A stretch of DNA of 62,974 nt, filler included, from Octopus bimaculoides (GCF_001194135.2; 6 parts of 4 records of this genome joined end to end with filler, not necessarily neighbours in it); one strand, 5' to 3'. Shown: positions 36,896-50,224, counted from the first letter of the whole stretch. The notes: generated by a model from the letters alone, not told the origin. Numbers and translations: made by a program.

Positions 36896-37277
36896 AAGAC
36901 CCACTTCGTTCATGACTGACCATGGGATTGCACCTAGAATGTTCCCATTCGAGGTACGAGTCCGGGCAAGGTTTGTTTAAGGAAGACCAGAAATCACTCA
37001 TGCATGTCAGCCTCCCTTCTCCACACCACTTATGTTATCTATGGGAAAGGCAAAGGGGTCGATACAGCTTGGCACCAGTGACATCATAATGCATTTCTAC
37101 AGATGAGTGACGTCATAATTTATTTCTGCAAATGACGTCATAATTCATTTCTACAGATGGAGCAACGTGAAACAAAGTGTCTTGCGCAAGAATACGACAC
37201 AGCTTGATCCAAGAATCGAACTCATTACCTCATGATTCTGTACCCGATGCTCTAACCACAGAGCAATGCACCTTCAC
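36896..37277 (-). mobile_element. SINE with family-B-like head and a different body/tail (family E)
   Basis: Head gaaggtgcattgctctgtggttagagc..gagttcgattc followed by unrelated sequence; internal triplication of about 28 bp at 37078-37165. Confidence 0.65.
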
Positions 37278-37572
37278 GAGGCACTAAGCACTTAAAAGGT
37301 TTTGGTACCTTCGTATAGAATTCAAAATATAAACAATAATAAACCATAAAATAAATTTTATTTTTTCAAAATGAAACAAAGCTAACAGCAATGTTCATTT
37401 ACATTATTTACATTATTTACATTCAACGGATATTTGTCCTCATCTTATGTGTTGTTAACGCAACATTTCTTCATCTCTTAAATATAGATCAGTAAGGTTC
37501 ATTTTTGTAAACTTTATTTATATTATTCATAATATAATATTTATAATATAATGTGTATATATTTGGATGTTC

Positions 37573-37788
37573 GTGTCTGTATCTGTGCTTGTGCTCCCAC
37601 CATCGCCTGACAACTGATGTTGGTGTGTTTACGTCTCCGTAACCTAGCGGTTCGGCTAAAGAGACCAATAGAATATGTAAGTACCACGCTCACAAAGGAT
37701 CAGTCCAGGAGTCGATCTCTTCGACTAAAAAGTGGTGCTTCAGCATGGCCGTTGTCAAATGACTGAAACAAGTAAAAGAGTAATAGAG
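37573..37788 (+). mobile_element. SINE family C, 3' half
   Basis: Collinear with 28420-28620. Confidence 0.85.
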
Positions 37789-37911
37789 TGTAGACATGAA
37801 TAAGGATATATTTATATGAATGCGCGCATGCGCTTGAGTGTCTGTGTTTGTGTCTTTCACCCCTCTGTTCCAAACCCGTTGTTGATTTGTTTGTGTCTAC
37901 GTAACTAAGCG

Positions 37912-38294
37912 TGGAGGCGCCATGGCCCAGTGGTTAGGGCAGCGGACTCGCGGTCATAGGATCGCGGTTTCGATTCCCAGACCGGGCTTTGTGAGTGCTT
38001 ATTGAGCGAAAACACCTAAAGCTCCGGCAGAAGATGGTAGCGAACCCTACTGTACTCTTTCACCACAACTTTCCCTCACTCTTACTTACTGTTTCTGCTG
38101 TGCCTGTAATTCAAAGGTTCAGCCTTGTCACACGCTGTGTCACGCTGAATATCCCCGAGAACTACGTTAAGGGTACACGTGTCTGCGGAGTGCTCAGCCA
38201 CTTGCGCGTTAATTTCATGAGCAGGCTGTTCCGTTGATCGGATCAACTGGAACCCTCGACGTCGTAAGCGACGGAGTGCCAACACACAATAACA
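37912..38294 (+). mobile_element. SINE family A, full length, 12-bp TSD, nested in an older family C tail
   Basis: TSD acgtaactaagc at 37899-37910 and 38295-38306; flanks 37836-37910 and 38307-38430 form a decayed family C 3' end. Confidence 0.92.
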
Positions 38295-39056
38295 ACGTAA
38301 CTAAGCTGTTGAATAGAGAGCAGACTTATAGAAAAAAAATGCAAGTGCTGGAGTTGATTTCTTCGGATAAAACCTTCAAGGCTTTGCCGCAGCATGGCCA
38401 CAATCCAATGACTGAAACAAATAAAAGATAGAAGATATAGCAGTCTTTTGATTGGCTGATGTGTTGGTGTCTATACGAATGTATATGCATGCACTTACAT
38501 CACTGTGCCTGTATATGTGTGTATGTGTATATGTGTGTATGTATATGTGTATATGTGTGTATGTGTATATGTGTGTATGTGCATATGTGTATATGTGTGT
38601 ATGTGTATATGTGTGTATGTATATGTGTATATGTGTGTATGTGTATATGTGTGTATGCGTGTATGGGTATATGTGTATATGAGTACATGTGTGTATGTGT
38701 ATATGTGTGTGTGTGTGTGTATATGTGTGTATGTGTAATACATCAAACGTAGACTGAAGCACGTATTTCGCAGCATTCAAGAACATAGATAAATACAGAG
38801 AAGAGCAGATAATTAGAATGGCGTATGCGTTCGGTAGGGATGGTCTGACGAAAGAAACTCCATTGACAAACAAGTTTAGAAATGAGTGAAGTTGGATCTG
38901 AATAGAATAAAACAAAAAACAAAAAAAAAAATCCAAAGCACAAAATTCCGTTAGTAACGATACCTAATTGGAGACTTGTGCCAAGAACTCTCCAACAGAC
39001 AAATACTTCTATTCTTCGAGCAGATAAATGAGAACTAACAGATGGGAAATACTGCA

Positions 39057-39128
39057 TCAGTAGAAGAGGAAGAAGTAGAGGAAGAGGAAATATGAGTGAA
39101 ATTTTAATCTTTTGAAATTAGTAGCAGC

Positions 39129-39191
<63 letters not shown>

Positions 39192-39224
39192 CATAGCAGC
39201 AGCAGCAACAGTAGAAGTAGTGGC

Positions 39225-39272
<48 letters not shown>

Positions 39273-39291
39273 CATAGCAGCAGCAGCAACA

Positions 39292-39331
<40 letters not shown>

Positions 39332-39581
39332 AAGTAGAAGTAGTAGTCGCAGTAGAAGTAGTGGCGGCGGCGGCGGCGGCGGCGGTGGTCGTGGTGGTGG
39401 TAGAAGGAACAATAACAAATTATAACAGTGTTGTTAATAAATAGTTTACGTTTTTTATCTAATATATTTTTTTTTAAAATTAATAATAATAATACTAATA
39501 ATAATAATAAGGATAAGAAAAAAATAGTTATAACAATGAATATAGAAATACAGGAAACATACAACTCAAAGCAATAGTGAT

Positions 39582-39615
<34 letters not shown>

Positions 39616-39617
39616 AC

Positions 39618-39685
<68 letters not shown>

Positions 39686-40270
39686 TGATGTTAATAAAAT
39701 GACGACGATGATGATTAATCATCATCATAATAATCATGATCATTCGGGTGCTGGTGATGATCAAGACGATGGTGATGATGACGACGATGATGATGATCAT
39801 GATGATCATGGTCATGATGATGATGATGGTGATGACTATAATGGTGATGATCATGATGATAGCGAAGTTGATGATAATGTTGAGGAAGAGGCGGAAGAGG
39901 AGGGGGGAAAGTAGCGATGAAGCGGGGGAGAGTGGTTGTTGTTGTTGTTGTTGTTGTGGTGCTGGTGGAGGGGATGGTGGTGTTGATGACGATAGCGTTC
40001 GCAATGAGGAGGGAAAAAAAAATGAAGTTTGTCAGTTTCCTTATTATAATTACTGCGGTGCAAGTTTGTGAAATATGCTAAATATAAAAATAATGTTATT
40101 ATTGCAGCAACACAAAGGCATTCATTACAATGAATAAAGAAACAAAAAACAACAACAACCAAACCAACCAGCCAACCAACAATAACAACAGCAACAACAA
40201 AAATAAATCACTAACGATAGGGAGGAAGAAGATGGCCGCCATAATGGCGATCACGATGAAGAGTATATGA
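39057..40270. repeat. Long compound trinucleotide region (AGT, GGC, AAT, AAC, GAT)
   Basis: Directly visible. Confidence 0.9.
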
Positions 40271-40550
40271 AAGGATAATTTGACAAAGAGGAGAAACAAA
40301 ACGAACTGAGTTGCAAAACATTGCAATAAATAACATACTAATAATTATTTATTAGAAATAGCAGCTAAATATTTGTTACATCAGACGTTAACATCTTTCA
40401 GTAAGGGACCCATTAGATAAGGTAAACGTATCTACTTGTCTACCTATATATATATTCGCGTGTCTACGTGTCTACCTATATATATATTCGCCATGATAGA
40501 TCGCTGACCACTACTCACATTTTTTGCTCTCCTTGTTTCTTTCCGTGTTC

Positions 40551-40586
40551 CTTTCTGTAGAAGAGCGTAGACTCGAAACGTTAAAG
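40551..40586 (+). ncRNA. Decayed PLE-type minimal hammerhead motif within a pLTR-like fragment (about 40493-40646)
   Basis: CUUU-CUGUAGA-A GAG cguaga CUC-GAA-ACGU-U-AAAG. Perfect 4-bp helix I, ACGU palindrome, A6->U lesion; similar to 62583-62617. Confidence 0.68.
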
Positions 40587-41941
40587 ACTTTTTTCAATTC
40601 CCCGAGCATTAAACTAATACATCTATTTGTTTTCTACACCACATGCNNNNNNNNNNNNNNNNNNNNNNNNNNNNNNNNNNNNNNNNNNNNTTAATTAATT
40701 AANNNNNNNNNNNNNNNNNNNNNNNNNNNNNNNNNNNNNNNNNNNNGTGTGTGTGTGTATATTCGTGTGTGTGTGTGTGTATATATATTCGCGCGCGTGT
40801 GTGTGTGTGTGTGTACGCGTGTATGTACCGTATATGGATGTACGCATTTGGTAAATATTTAATGAGAAATAGTAACGCTTTCTGCAGGCGAACCTGGCCG
40901 TTTATGTATATGTATGTATGTATTAATTACACAATGTGTACACACGCAAAATTTTAGATATGCAAATATTTATATGGATAGAGACAAAGAGACTTTCGAG
41001 AATTCTCCTGCGTGGTTATACTCACGCATTTACTCACTCCTCTTCAGAACTACTCACATCCACTTACAGGGACACACACACAAACAGAAAAATACACACT
41101 CATGCTTACCGACACATTCAAATGCATACAAAAAGAGATACGTACACGCACACTCACACACAAACATAAACATGTATACCTTTAAAGATCTACTGAATCA
41201 CGGGAAGGAAAAACCACTTCAAAGCTACAGCACATATTTTTCTGAAATGTATAAATTTCATCTGATAATCAATATGTTTTTACTGTGAAATGCCCCCAGG
41301 AAAAACCGAAATCAATGAAAAAATATTGTTACGTCATAGTTCATATCCGTTTAATATACAATAATAGTAATGATGATGAGGACAACAAAACACCGATGAT
41401 GATGATGATGATGATGATGATGAAGAAGAAGACGACAACGACGACAGTCCGAACTTGCAGAAGTTACTCTTAAAATCCCCGCCCGCCTGCCCCTAATCGA
41501 CTGCCAGCTATGTCAATTAGGAGTCCAATCAAATAGCCTGTAGTAGTAGACACGAACCCGCTCCTCCTTTTAACGCTGCAGTATCAGCAGCAGCTAAAAA
41601 ACCAGTCGTGAATCTACCATCAGGGGAGACAATATTAGGACCCCTCAGCCTTATAGTAATAATATGATTATAGTAATAATTGTGAAACTATGGTAGTGAA
41701 CTAGTAAATAATAAGAGAGGGATCTCACATTCAGTGGTGTTGAATGTTGACAATCATAAAAGTACTCTATGTTCCATTTTTCCTTTTTTTTCTCTGTCTT
41801 CCCCCTTTTTTCTATCACATGACTCTAAAGGAACAATCTGGTGTGCTTGTTTTAATGGTCTACCAATGTATACAGTACGTTTTACTGCCCTAGGTGTCAG
41901 GAAGACACTCGGCAAGAAATAGAAACTGAATTGAAAGATGC

Positions 41942-41968
41942 TAATAATAATAATAATAATAATAATAA

Positions 41969-41999
<31 letters not shown>

Positions 42000-42071
42000 A
42001 AGAAGAAGAAGAAGAAGAAGAAGAAGAAGAAGAAGAAGAAGAAGAAGAAGAAGAAGAAGAAGAAGAAGAAG

Positions 42072-42169
<98 letters not shown>
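41942..42169. repeat. Compound perfect microsatellite (AAT)n(AAG)n(AAC)n
   Basis: Directly visible. Confidence 0.98.
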
Positions 42170-43643
42170 ATAGATACTCAGCTCACATCCCAAGTTACCT
42201 GGATGTTAGGTGAGTATGTCAAATGGGATTAGCCAGAGGTTCTGATAGTGAATGATGATAATAGTGTTTCATAGATTTTTTTCTTTGTAGCAAAGACACC
42301 TGATATAATGATGGAAGATTTATCAGAACAAACAACGTGCAATTTCGTAGCATGCTAAAGAACATATCAAGGAAATCGAAGAAAAATTACAAACATCATT
42401 ACATAGCAAGTAAAATAAAATAAAAAAAAGCTTGTGGAACATTATGATGAAAATTGCGCTCAACACAACACCAAAGCTGAGTAAACTGAAGTTTGTAGAT
42501 TATAGTTTCCGAACAACCTATGAAAAGATAGCGGCTGAGATCGATATGAATTCAAGAACTGTGAACTGGTTATATCATTAAATATACTAGTCAGCCATCT
42601 TGTATCAATATCTCTCAGATGTAACTTTTCGAATTCATAATTCATAATGGTTAAAATCATGTTTTGTAAAGTTCCATTAAATTTTTTCAAGCATTTTTTT
42701 TGCGAAGATTTTTTTCGATTCCTACTTGAGTCATGTCGAATATGTTCTTCTTATAAGCTGTATAGCTGAATGGATTATTTAAAATACCTCAAAAGCAGAC
42801 ATTCCAGCTCGAACCAAGAAACCTAGCGTAGGTTTATTAACTTTATGCAACTGACAAAATATTTCCTAATGCAGAAAAATTATAATGGATTTTATTGGTG
42901 AGTTCAATAAGACATCTACTCTTTGGATACACTCCTCCAGATCCTAGCAGCTGACTATTGATTTATAGCCGTAGTTCGAAAATAAAATCTATAAAAGCAA
43001 CACAGACACACAAATACACACACAAATACACTCAGACACGTACACACACACATGTATATATTTATATACATATATTTGTGTATATACATACATATATACA
43101 TACATACACGTAGGTATGTATGCATCTGTATGTTTTTATGTATTGGGAATAGTGATAGAGAAAGTAGAGAGAATGCGAACTGTAAAAGCAAAGAAATGGT
43201 ATTGCATAGAAAGAGCAATCTAACCGTTGAACGAAAAAAAAAATGTAAAAAAATGAAAAAAGATTTGTATATAGAAATCCAGTAAGCAGAGTTGGTATTA
43301 CTTTCTATCTTATATTAAAAACACAGTTTATATGATATCATTGAAAAACAAATATACACATCTATCATGGCACATCGAAATCTAAGGAATTAAAAACTTC
43401 ATTTCACAAAATTCTGAAAATCTCATGTATTTCGTCAAAGCAGAAAGAAATTAATCAGTTCGCATACTTTCAGAATCCATCGTTGTTCTCATCTTCTCGA
43501 ACAGTGTTAGTTGTATGAATTCATAAATATCAGGAGGAGCATGATACACACCGAGAAACTCACTGAGAGGTGTAATAGTATTTAGCGCTAGCATAAAAGT
43601 TCTGCCTGGCACACATGAATACAAAAGACATATATATATATAA

Positions 43644-43676
<33 letters not shown>

Positions 43677-43685
43677 TGTATGTAT

Positions 43686-43725
<40 letters not shown>

Positions 43726-44384
43726 ACAAACACACACACATATATATANNNNNNNNNNNNNNNNNNNNNNNNNNNNNNNNNNNNNNNNNNNNNNNNNNNN
43801 NNNNNNNNNNNNNNNNNNNNNNNNNNNNNNNNNNNNNNNNNNNNNNNNNNNNNNNNNNNNNNNNNNNNNNNNNNNNNNNNNNNNNNNNNNNNNNNNNNNN
43901 NNNNNNNNNNNNNNNNNNNNNNNNNNNNNNNNNNNNNNNNNNNNNNNNNNNNNNNNNNNNNNNNNNNNNNNNNNNNNNNNNNNNNNNNNNNNNNNNNNNN
44001 NNNNNNNNNNNNNNNNNNNNNNNNNNNNNNNNNNNNNNNNNNNNNNNNNNNNNNNNNNNNNNNNNNNNNNNNNNNNNNNNNNNNNNNNNNNNNNNNNNNN
44101 NNNNNNNNNNNNNNNNNNNNNNNNNNNNNNNNNNNNNNNNNNNNNNNNNNNNNNNNNNNNNNNNNNNNNNNNNNNNNNNNNNNNNNNNNNNNNNNNNNNN
44201 NNNNNNNNNNNNNNNNNNNNNNNNNNNNNNNNNNNNNNNNNNNNNNNNNNNNNNNNNNNNNNNNNNNNNNNNNNNNNNNNNNNNNNNNNNNNNNNNNNNN
44301 NNNNNNNNNNNNNNNNNNNNNNNNNNNNNNNNNNNNNNNNNNNNNNNNNNNNNNNNNNNNNNNNNNNNNNNNNNNNNNNNNNNN

Positions 44385-44985
44385 TTGAGAAAACTCAAAT
44401 ATACTCTTCAGGCGCAAAATACGTATCATAACGAACAAAAGAAATTGAATAATAGAAGAAACACAAAAAAAAAAAAAAAAGAACTGGGAAGGCAGTATAT
44501 AAAAAACGCAGACAGTAAACAACGGAAAACGAAAAACGGAAAACGAGAAACAAAAACTAAAATGCAAAAAATAAAAAGTAAAAAGGCAATTCAGCGATCC
44601 TGCTTAGGCCTTCAATGATAAGGCTGGAAAGATATCACTCAATCAGGAATAGGCAGAATTTCCATTTCTTCAAAATATATTTCTACATTTTTTTTTCAGT
44701 GGTTGCATTCATATATGTAATAAGTCCGCCTATTTCTGACCGACTTGACATCTTTCCAGCCTCATCATTTAAGGTCTAAGGAGGATAGCTGTTTTACCTT
44801 TTTACTTTTTATTTTTTGCATTTTAGTTTCTGTCTTTCTGTTTTCGTTTTCCGTTGATTACTGTCTTCGTTTTTTATATGATGCCTTCTCAGTTTTTTCG
44901 TGTTATTTCTATTACTCAATTTCTTTAGTTCCTTACGATATATGGTGTGCGCCTGAAGAATATATATATATTTGAATTTTCTCAA
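44385..44985. repeat. Long imperfect inverted repeat (fold-back), arms about 270 bp, spacer about 60 bp
   Basis: Left arm 44385-44660 is the reverse complement of 44721-44985, e.g. ttgagaaaactcaaatatactcttcaggcgca vs tgcgcctgaagaatatata..tttgaattttctcaa and aggctggaaagat vs atctttccagcct. Confidence 0.92.
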
Positions 44986-45409
44986 CGTATAAAACTATTA
45001 GTAGCGATTTAGTACATGCAATTTTTGACAAAGCTGTAAGTTAAAATAGATTAGAATTATGAAATGTATGCTAAAACACTAATAGAAAAGGGCACGTAAT
45101 TTTACAGTCTCTTGCAAAATATAAAAGTTACGTGGATATAAGTTAATAAATAACTGAATTTGAAAGATACCAGATTCTGAACACAGGATGAAAATCTTCT
45201 CATGGAAATATATTAAAAATTGCAGAATATATGTGATGAATCAAAATAACTGCTGGCGTTCTCTTTTGCTACTCAGTCTTTGCCAATGTTGAAATGGACC
45301 TACAAGCTTTACAGCTATGTTTTTCGTTCAATGTGAATTATGCCAGAATTAGGAAATATCAACAGAAAATAGATTGAATCTTGTTACACTGGAATAGTTT
45401 CAAAGAAGT

Positions 45410-45600
45410 CCTAGGATATATGAATGAACCACCTAGAGGAAGATATCAAGTTTATAAAGGAAATGGAAAATTTTTCTAATATAAAGATCTGGAAATAGAG
45501 ATAAATAGAATATTGGAAATGAAAAATGAACCAATCCCTATGTTAATAGGCACCTTGGAAATAATTTCAGAAGATGAACAAGAAAAATACGCAACTAAAA
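45410..45600 (+). pseudogene. Second decayed restriction-like-endonuclease LINE fragment (R4/Dong-like)
   Basis: KEMENFS then frameshift to YKDLEIEINRILEMKNEPIPMLIGTL (from 45480), paralleling YQDLAIELQRLWKV..IVIGVL at 31.2 kb. Confidence 0.62.
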
Positions 45601-46036
45601 TGCCCCTTCTTACACAAATAAAAACAGCATGGAGAAAAGATCATCATTAGGTACTGAAAAGAGAGTGGATCGTGTTCTGCTGATACAATAAAAGCATCGA
45701 ATCAACACAAAATAATGCGTAAAAGAAAGGCACACAAAGCTCCAGTCGGCTGTGAGTTTAAAGCACACAATAACGTTACTGTTACTGGGAAAATGGCTAA
45801 TGATATTCAACAAGCAAAAGCAACAAAAGAAACAAGAATTCTAGCCGTTGCGGGCGATGTTGCTTGTTTACATATAATCTAGAAATATATCATGGATAGT
45901 TTCAGCAAGTTGAACAAATTCAAGAAAAGTAAAATATTTCAAGTTATTTCATCAATCATCTGCCGAAAACCTGATGAAGAATATAATAAGGATAACAATA
46001 AAGAAAAGGATTATGCTCACGATGACGACAGCCGAA

Positions 46037-46079
<43 letters not shown>

Positions 46080-47499
46080 GGGCGCTGGTGGTGCTGGGCC
46101 GGTAGTGATATAGAAATAACGAGGACAACAATAATTGATATTGCCATGTTTAGTAGGCGATCATATCGATTAGCCGATCAGCCCGTATGTAATTAGACAG
46201 ATGTATGTAATGCAAACTAGCCAGGTTAAAAGAAAGATAATGAGCCTGTGTGTGCGTGTATGTCTGTGCGTGTCTGTGTGTGTGCACATAGCAAAAACAT
46301 ATACGCAAATTTATATTTTTACGGTCACTATTCTTATGCATGTGTGTAAGTGTATATATGTGTATACACACCATAATACTTTCAGGATAATCCACACTCG
46401 AACAAACGCTAACGCATTCATAATGTCGTGTACTCACGTAAATATTATCTTTGAAAAAATTTCTTTCGAGCATGTTCATTGATTTTTCAACTGATTGCTT
46501 CCCTCCATCTTTGTGGCTTTTTATTTGTCTCTCTCTTTCTCCCTCTCTCTTTCTCCCTCTCTCTTTCTCCCTCTCTCTTTCTCTCCCTCTACCTTCCTCA
46601 GTTATCTCTACTTTTTTTTCCTTTACTCTAGCCTTTCTTTTTCTTTTTTGACTCCCTACATTCAATATTGTTGATGTATTTCCTCTTGTAAGTTACCGCC
46701 ATTCTATTACATCTGAGTTCTACTTATCCTTGAAATTTCTTTTCTTAGTTTCACAAACATAAACACAACAATAGCATTTCCATTCATCTCATCCTTAATG
46801 CGGTTCTAAATATTGTTCCCATTTCCCTACTGGCTTTGTTATTTCATTCTGAACAATACACATCGCTGTTGAGGCCATGGAGCTATAACACTGTGATTTT
46901 TAATTATTAAAAGCTGGTCCAAATCACGTGTTACGTTGAATTGCACGACAAGTCATATACCCCACTGGTGTATCATAATTAAATGAATAATAACATACAT
47001 AGATAATTACAGCTGTTTCTTACATCAGTTTCATTACAGCTATTTCTTACACATCTTTTTAATAGAAGAGCGGGAACATTACTCCATTACAAAAAACCGT
47101 AATCGTCAAATGAAACGTAATTTTACAAACAAAAGAATATCCCAAGACTATAGCACGGATATAGATGAAGTCTGTCGAGGCCAACTATGAAATGGGAGGA
47201 TGACCAACAAAGTTGACCGCTGAGGTTAAGAATATAGTCTGTAAAAGAGTGTAATATGATATCTAAGGTCAGCAACTCAGATGAGATAGGAGTCTGCTGG
47301 ACTGGTTCTTAGGTTTGCTGAAGTGGAGCGTAGGGGATATTTTATTATAGTAGGCTTGGTGCAGTAGGTAGCTGGGAGAAGACCTAAAATGAATTAAGGA
47401 TAAAGAAAGAAAGAATAGAGAAAGCAAAAGTAAAATGAAGAAACAGACATGCATAGAAGCTAAATAGGCATAGGGTCGGGGTTGAAGGTAGGCTAGTTA

Positions 47500-48130
47500 A
47501 GGCTAAAAGACAAAGGGAGAAGGGTAGAGATACATAGAATTTAGGCTCTTCTGTGGATATTGGTCGAAAGTTGAGGGAGGGTAGGTACGAAGGCAATCGA
47601 TGAATAAGATGTAACTTCTAAGAAACTGTAGTATTAAGCGCGAATGATTTATTTGGGAACGTGGGAAGACGTAGAGTGTTACTTTAGACACGAATATAGG
47701 TCAGTGGGGACAGTTTGTAATTTGTATAGTGATTAGTGGGGACTGTTTTGTAATATTACGACATGGTTCCCTGGAAGAAGGGGTTATATAATAAACTACA
47801 GTACGGAGTTAGAGGAAATACCAGATCGGATATCAAAGAAGCAAGCTGTAGGGAGTAGTCTGATGATTAACAATATTGAATCTTATATAGGGGGCGTTGA
47901 TATTATTTAATCAGATAATATAATCACCAATTTGTAAATTCAGTAATGCAGCTCAGACAATAGTCGCGGTTTGGACTGTATGGTTCCATCTATTATTTAA
48001 CAAGCGCAGCACAAAATAACTGTATCTTGGTGTAAGGATTACTTACCTAGTGGAATTGGAAAAGAACTGGTTAGGGTGTGCAGGCTGTTGCTTCTAGGTT
48101 AGATATCTTTCCTATCGCTAGTGCATAATA
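47500..48130 (-). pseudogene. Possible highly decayed Penelope-like RT C-terminal fragment
   Basis: Scattered motif-like peptides across frames (PYIRFNI, FFDI, RTVVY, YILFIDCLRTY, PKFYVSLPF); weak. Confidence 0.3.
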
Positions 48131-49429
48131 CTGGGTACACCATAGTTAGAATGATTATTTCCTTCAATATAGCATACCTTGACACACTTAAGTACACACG
48201 CAGCTAATTACAAAACTCTACATTCAAGAATAAATTATATGCTTACAGTCAGATGACTTCGGCGAAATTCAGTTACAAGGAAATAGTCAGCCCGGGGCTA
48301 TAGTAGAGGACACCTACCGCAGTTTTAGGCTGAACGAGAAATTACATGGTAGACGAAGAGTCTTCTTGCCACAAACTAATAGGACAAGGAAAGTAACGGC
48401 CGTGAAATTTGATGCCATTCACACACTGGGTAGCTTGACACGGCTGTTGGTTTCCCCCAACCTGTGAAGTTTTACGTTACTAGTAAAAGAATAATGGGAA
48501 TTCGAACTTACAGATTGATGAGAGGGAGAGAGAAGGAGAGAAATAGAGAGAGAGACAGACAGAGACAGACAGAGACACAGGAAGAGAAAGTAAGAAAGAT
48601 GGAGAGAGAGATTGTTGTTCAAGTGATCTTGCATTGAAACAGAATGCAAAGAGCGATAGAAGGAAAAGAAAAAATAATAATAAATAAAGCCATGCTGGGC
48701 CAACACGAATTATTTTGAAATCAAAGAGTGGACTTCGTTTGATTTGCTAATTTTTAGTGCTGTGATTGAATGTTTTCAAAAGTGAAATAATCATGAAATA
48801 CATAAATATGCATTAGCTAAAACGAGAAAAAAAAGTAGAAAATGTGTAAGACGTGAGATAACAATCAGTTGTCGTAATTAGAAACGCATTTTAGGAATAA
48901 TGAGTATAGCGAGTTTTTCAAACAAAGTGTAATGAATATAGTTAACAGATCGTTCTTGGTAATCTATGTAAGAAAATACTATTGATGTAAACTAAGATGA
49001 AAGATAAAGTGAAATATATATACATATGAATATATACACACACACACAACATATATATANNNNNNNNNNTCATCAATACAAAAATGAAATGCGCAAAATA
49101 TATAATAGAAATGGATTTCTTGCATATGCTTATTAGATTAAAGTTATGTGTGTGTAAGTCTATGTATATGCGGGTATGTTTCTATGTAAGAGAATGCGTA
49201 CTTTTTGCGGTATTTATTCTGACAGTAGATGCTGTGAGTTCGAATACCGCTGAGTGTAATTTGCCAATCAGTTGAAGCCGATAAAATAGAGTACGAGTCT
49301 GGTAGTGGAGTCGATGGTATTGAGCAACTACCTTTGCATAAATGCTAGCTTTGTTTCTAGTTTAAAGCTCACTATTTCATGTCAGTGATTAGACGGCATT
49401 TTTAGAGTGTCGAAAACTGTTTTGTGGTA

Positions 49430-49634
49430 CAGTAATCCCTCGACTATCGCGAGTGTTAATTTCCAAAACAACCCACAAAAACAATTAAAATCTAAAACAA
49501 TATAAATACCTATCGGCCGCAGAAATTCGGATATACTGATGAGTTCTCGATATGAATTTACATATATTAGCCAGAAAAATCCGCAATGGTCTGTGTGCGC
49601 GATAGCTGAACCGCGATATGGAGAAGGATTACTG
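49430..49634. mobile_element. Tigger/pogo-like MITE
   Basis: TIRs CAGTAATCC..TATCGCG at both ends; TA TSD at 49428-49429 and 49635-49636; 205 bp, non-coding. Confidence 0.85.
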
Positions 49635-50025
49635 TATTTCTTTCAGAAACATGTTGAACCACCGTGGACTCCAGTGGAAACTTCTATTCAGTGTACATAC
49701 AATAAACAAAAATCCAAATAAATAATTAAATATTTTTCTACAATTACTTGTAGGACCATACATAGCGAAATTGTATACAGATGTATACCATTGTATAATG
49801 GTGAAATTGTATAGAGATGTGCGCAAACGCACATGCACGCACACGTATTTACATATGTATGCCTGTGTTTGTGATTATGAAGCTAAGAGTTATATATGTC
49901 TACATGTGGAATTAAAAAAAAACTATGATCTTGCATATTGTAGGTGACTGTAACTGTTAGGAAGCAGCTAACGTTTAACAAGTGACACTGTTTTCTTCAA
50001 TAAATCTTTCATTTCCTTCAAGCGT

Positions 50026-50085
<60 letters not shown>

Positions 50086-50185
50086 NNNNNNNNNNNNNNN
50101 NNNNNNNNNNNNNNNNNNNNNNNNNNNNNTTAATTAATTAANNNNNNNNNNNNNNNNNNNNNNNNNNNNNNNNNNNNNNNNNNNN

Positions 50186-50224
<39 letters not shown>

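Noticed and set aside
42170-42215. Strong donor AG|GTGAGT in phase 2 as the missing upstream GPCR exon
   Set aside because: Upstream frame is microsatellite (poly-R/T then NRYSAHIPSYLDVR), with no TM5 or TKL motif.
43460-43610. Exon-like segment on the minus strand
   Set aside because: Candidate splice sites exist but the peptides match no family I recognise.
44951-44985. CTGAAGA followed by an (AT)n hairpin and GAA
   Set aside because: No GAAA/helix III or cleavage triplet; it is part of the fold-back arm.
46749-46900. Frame NSISIHLILNAVLNIV.. after a pyrimidine-rich AG as a possible TM2 exon
   Set aside because: Lacks the conserved RNxIHxNL and C..YF motifs, has no clear donor and runs into a stop.
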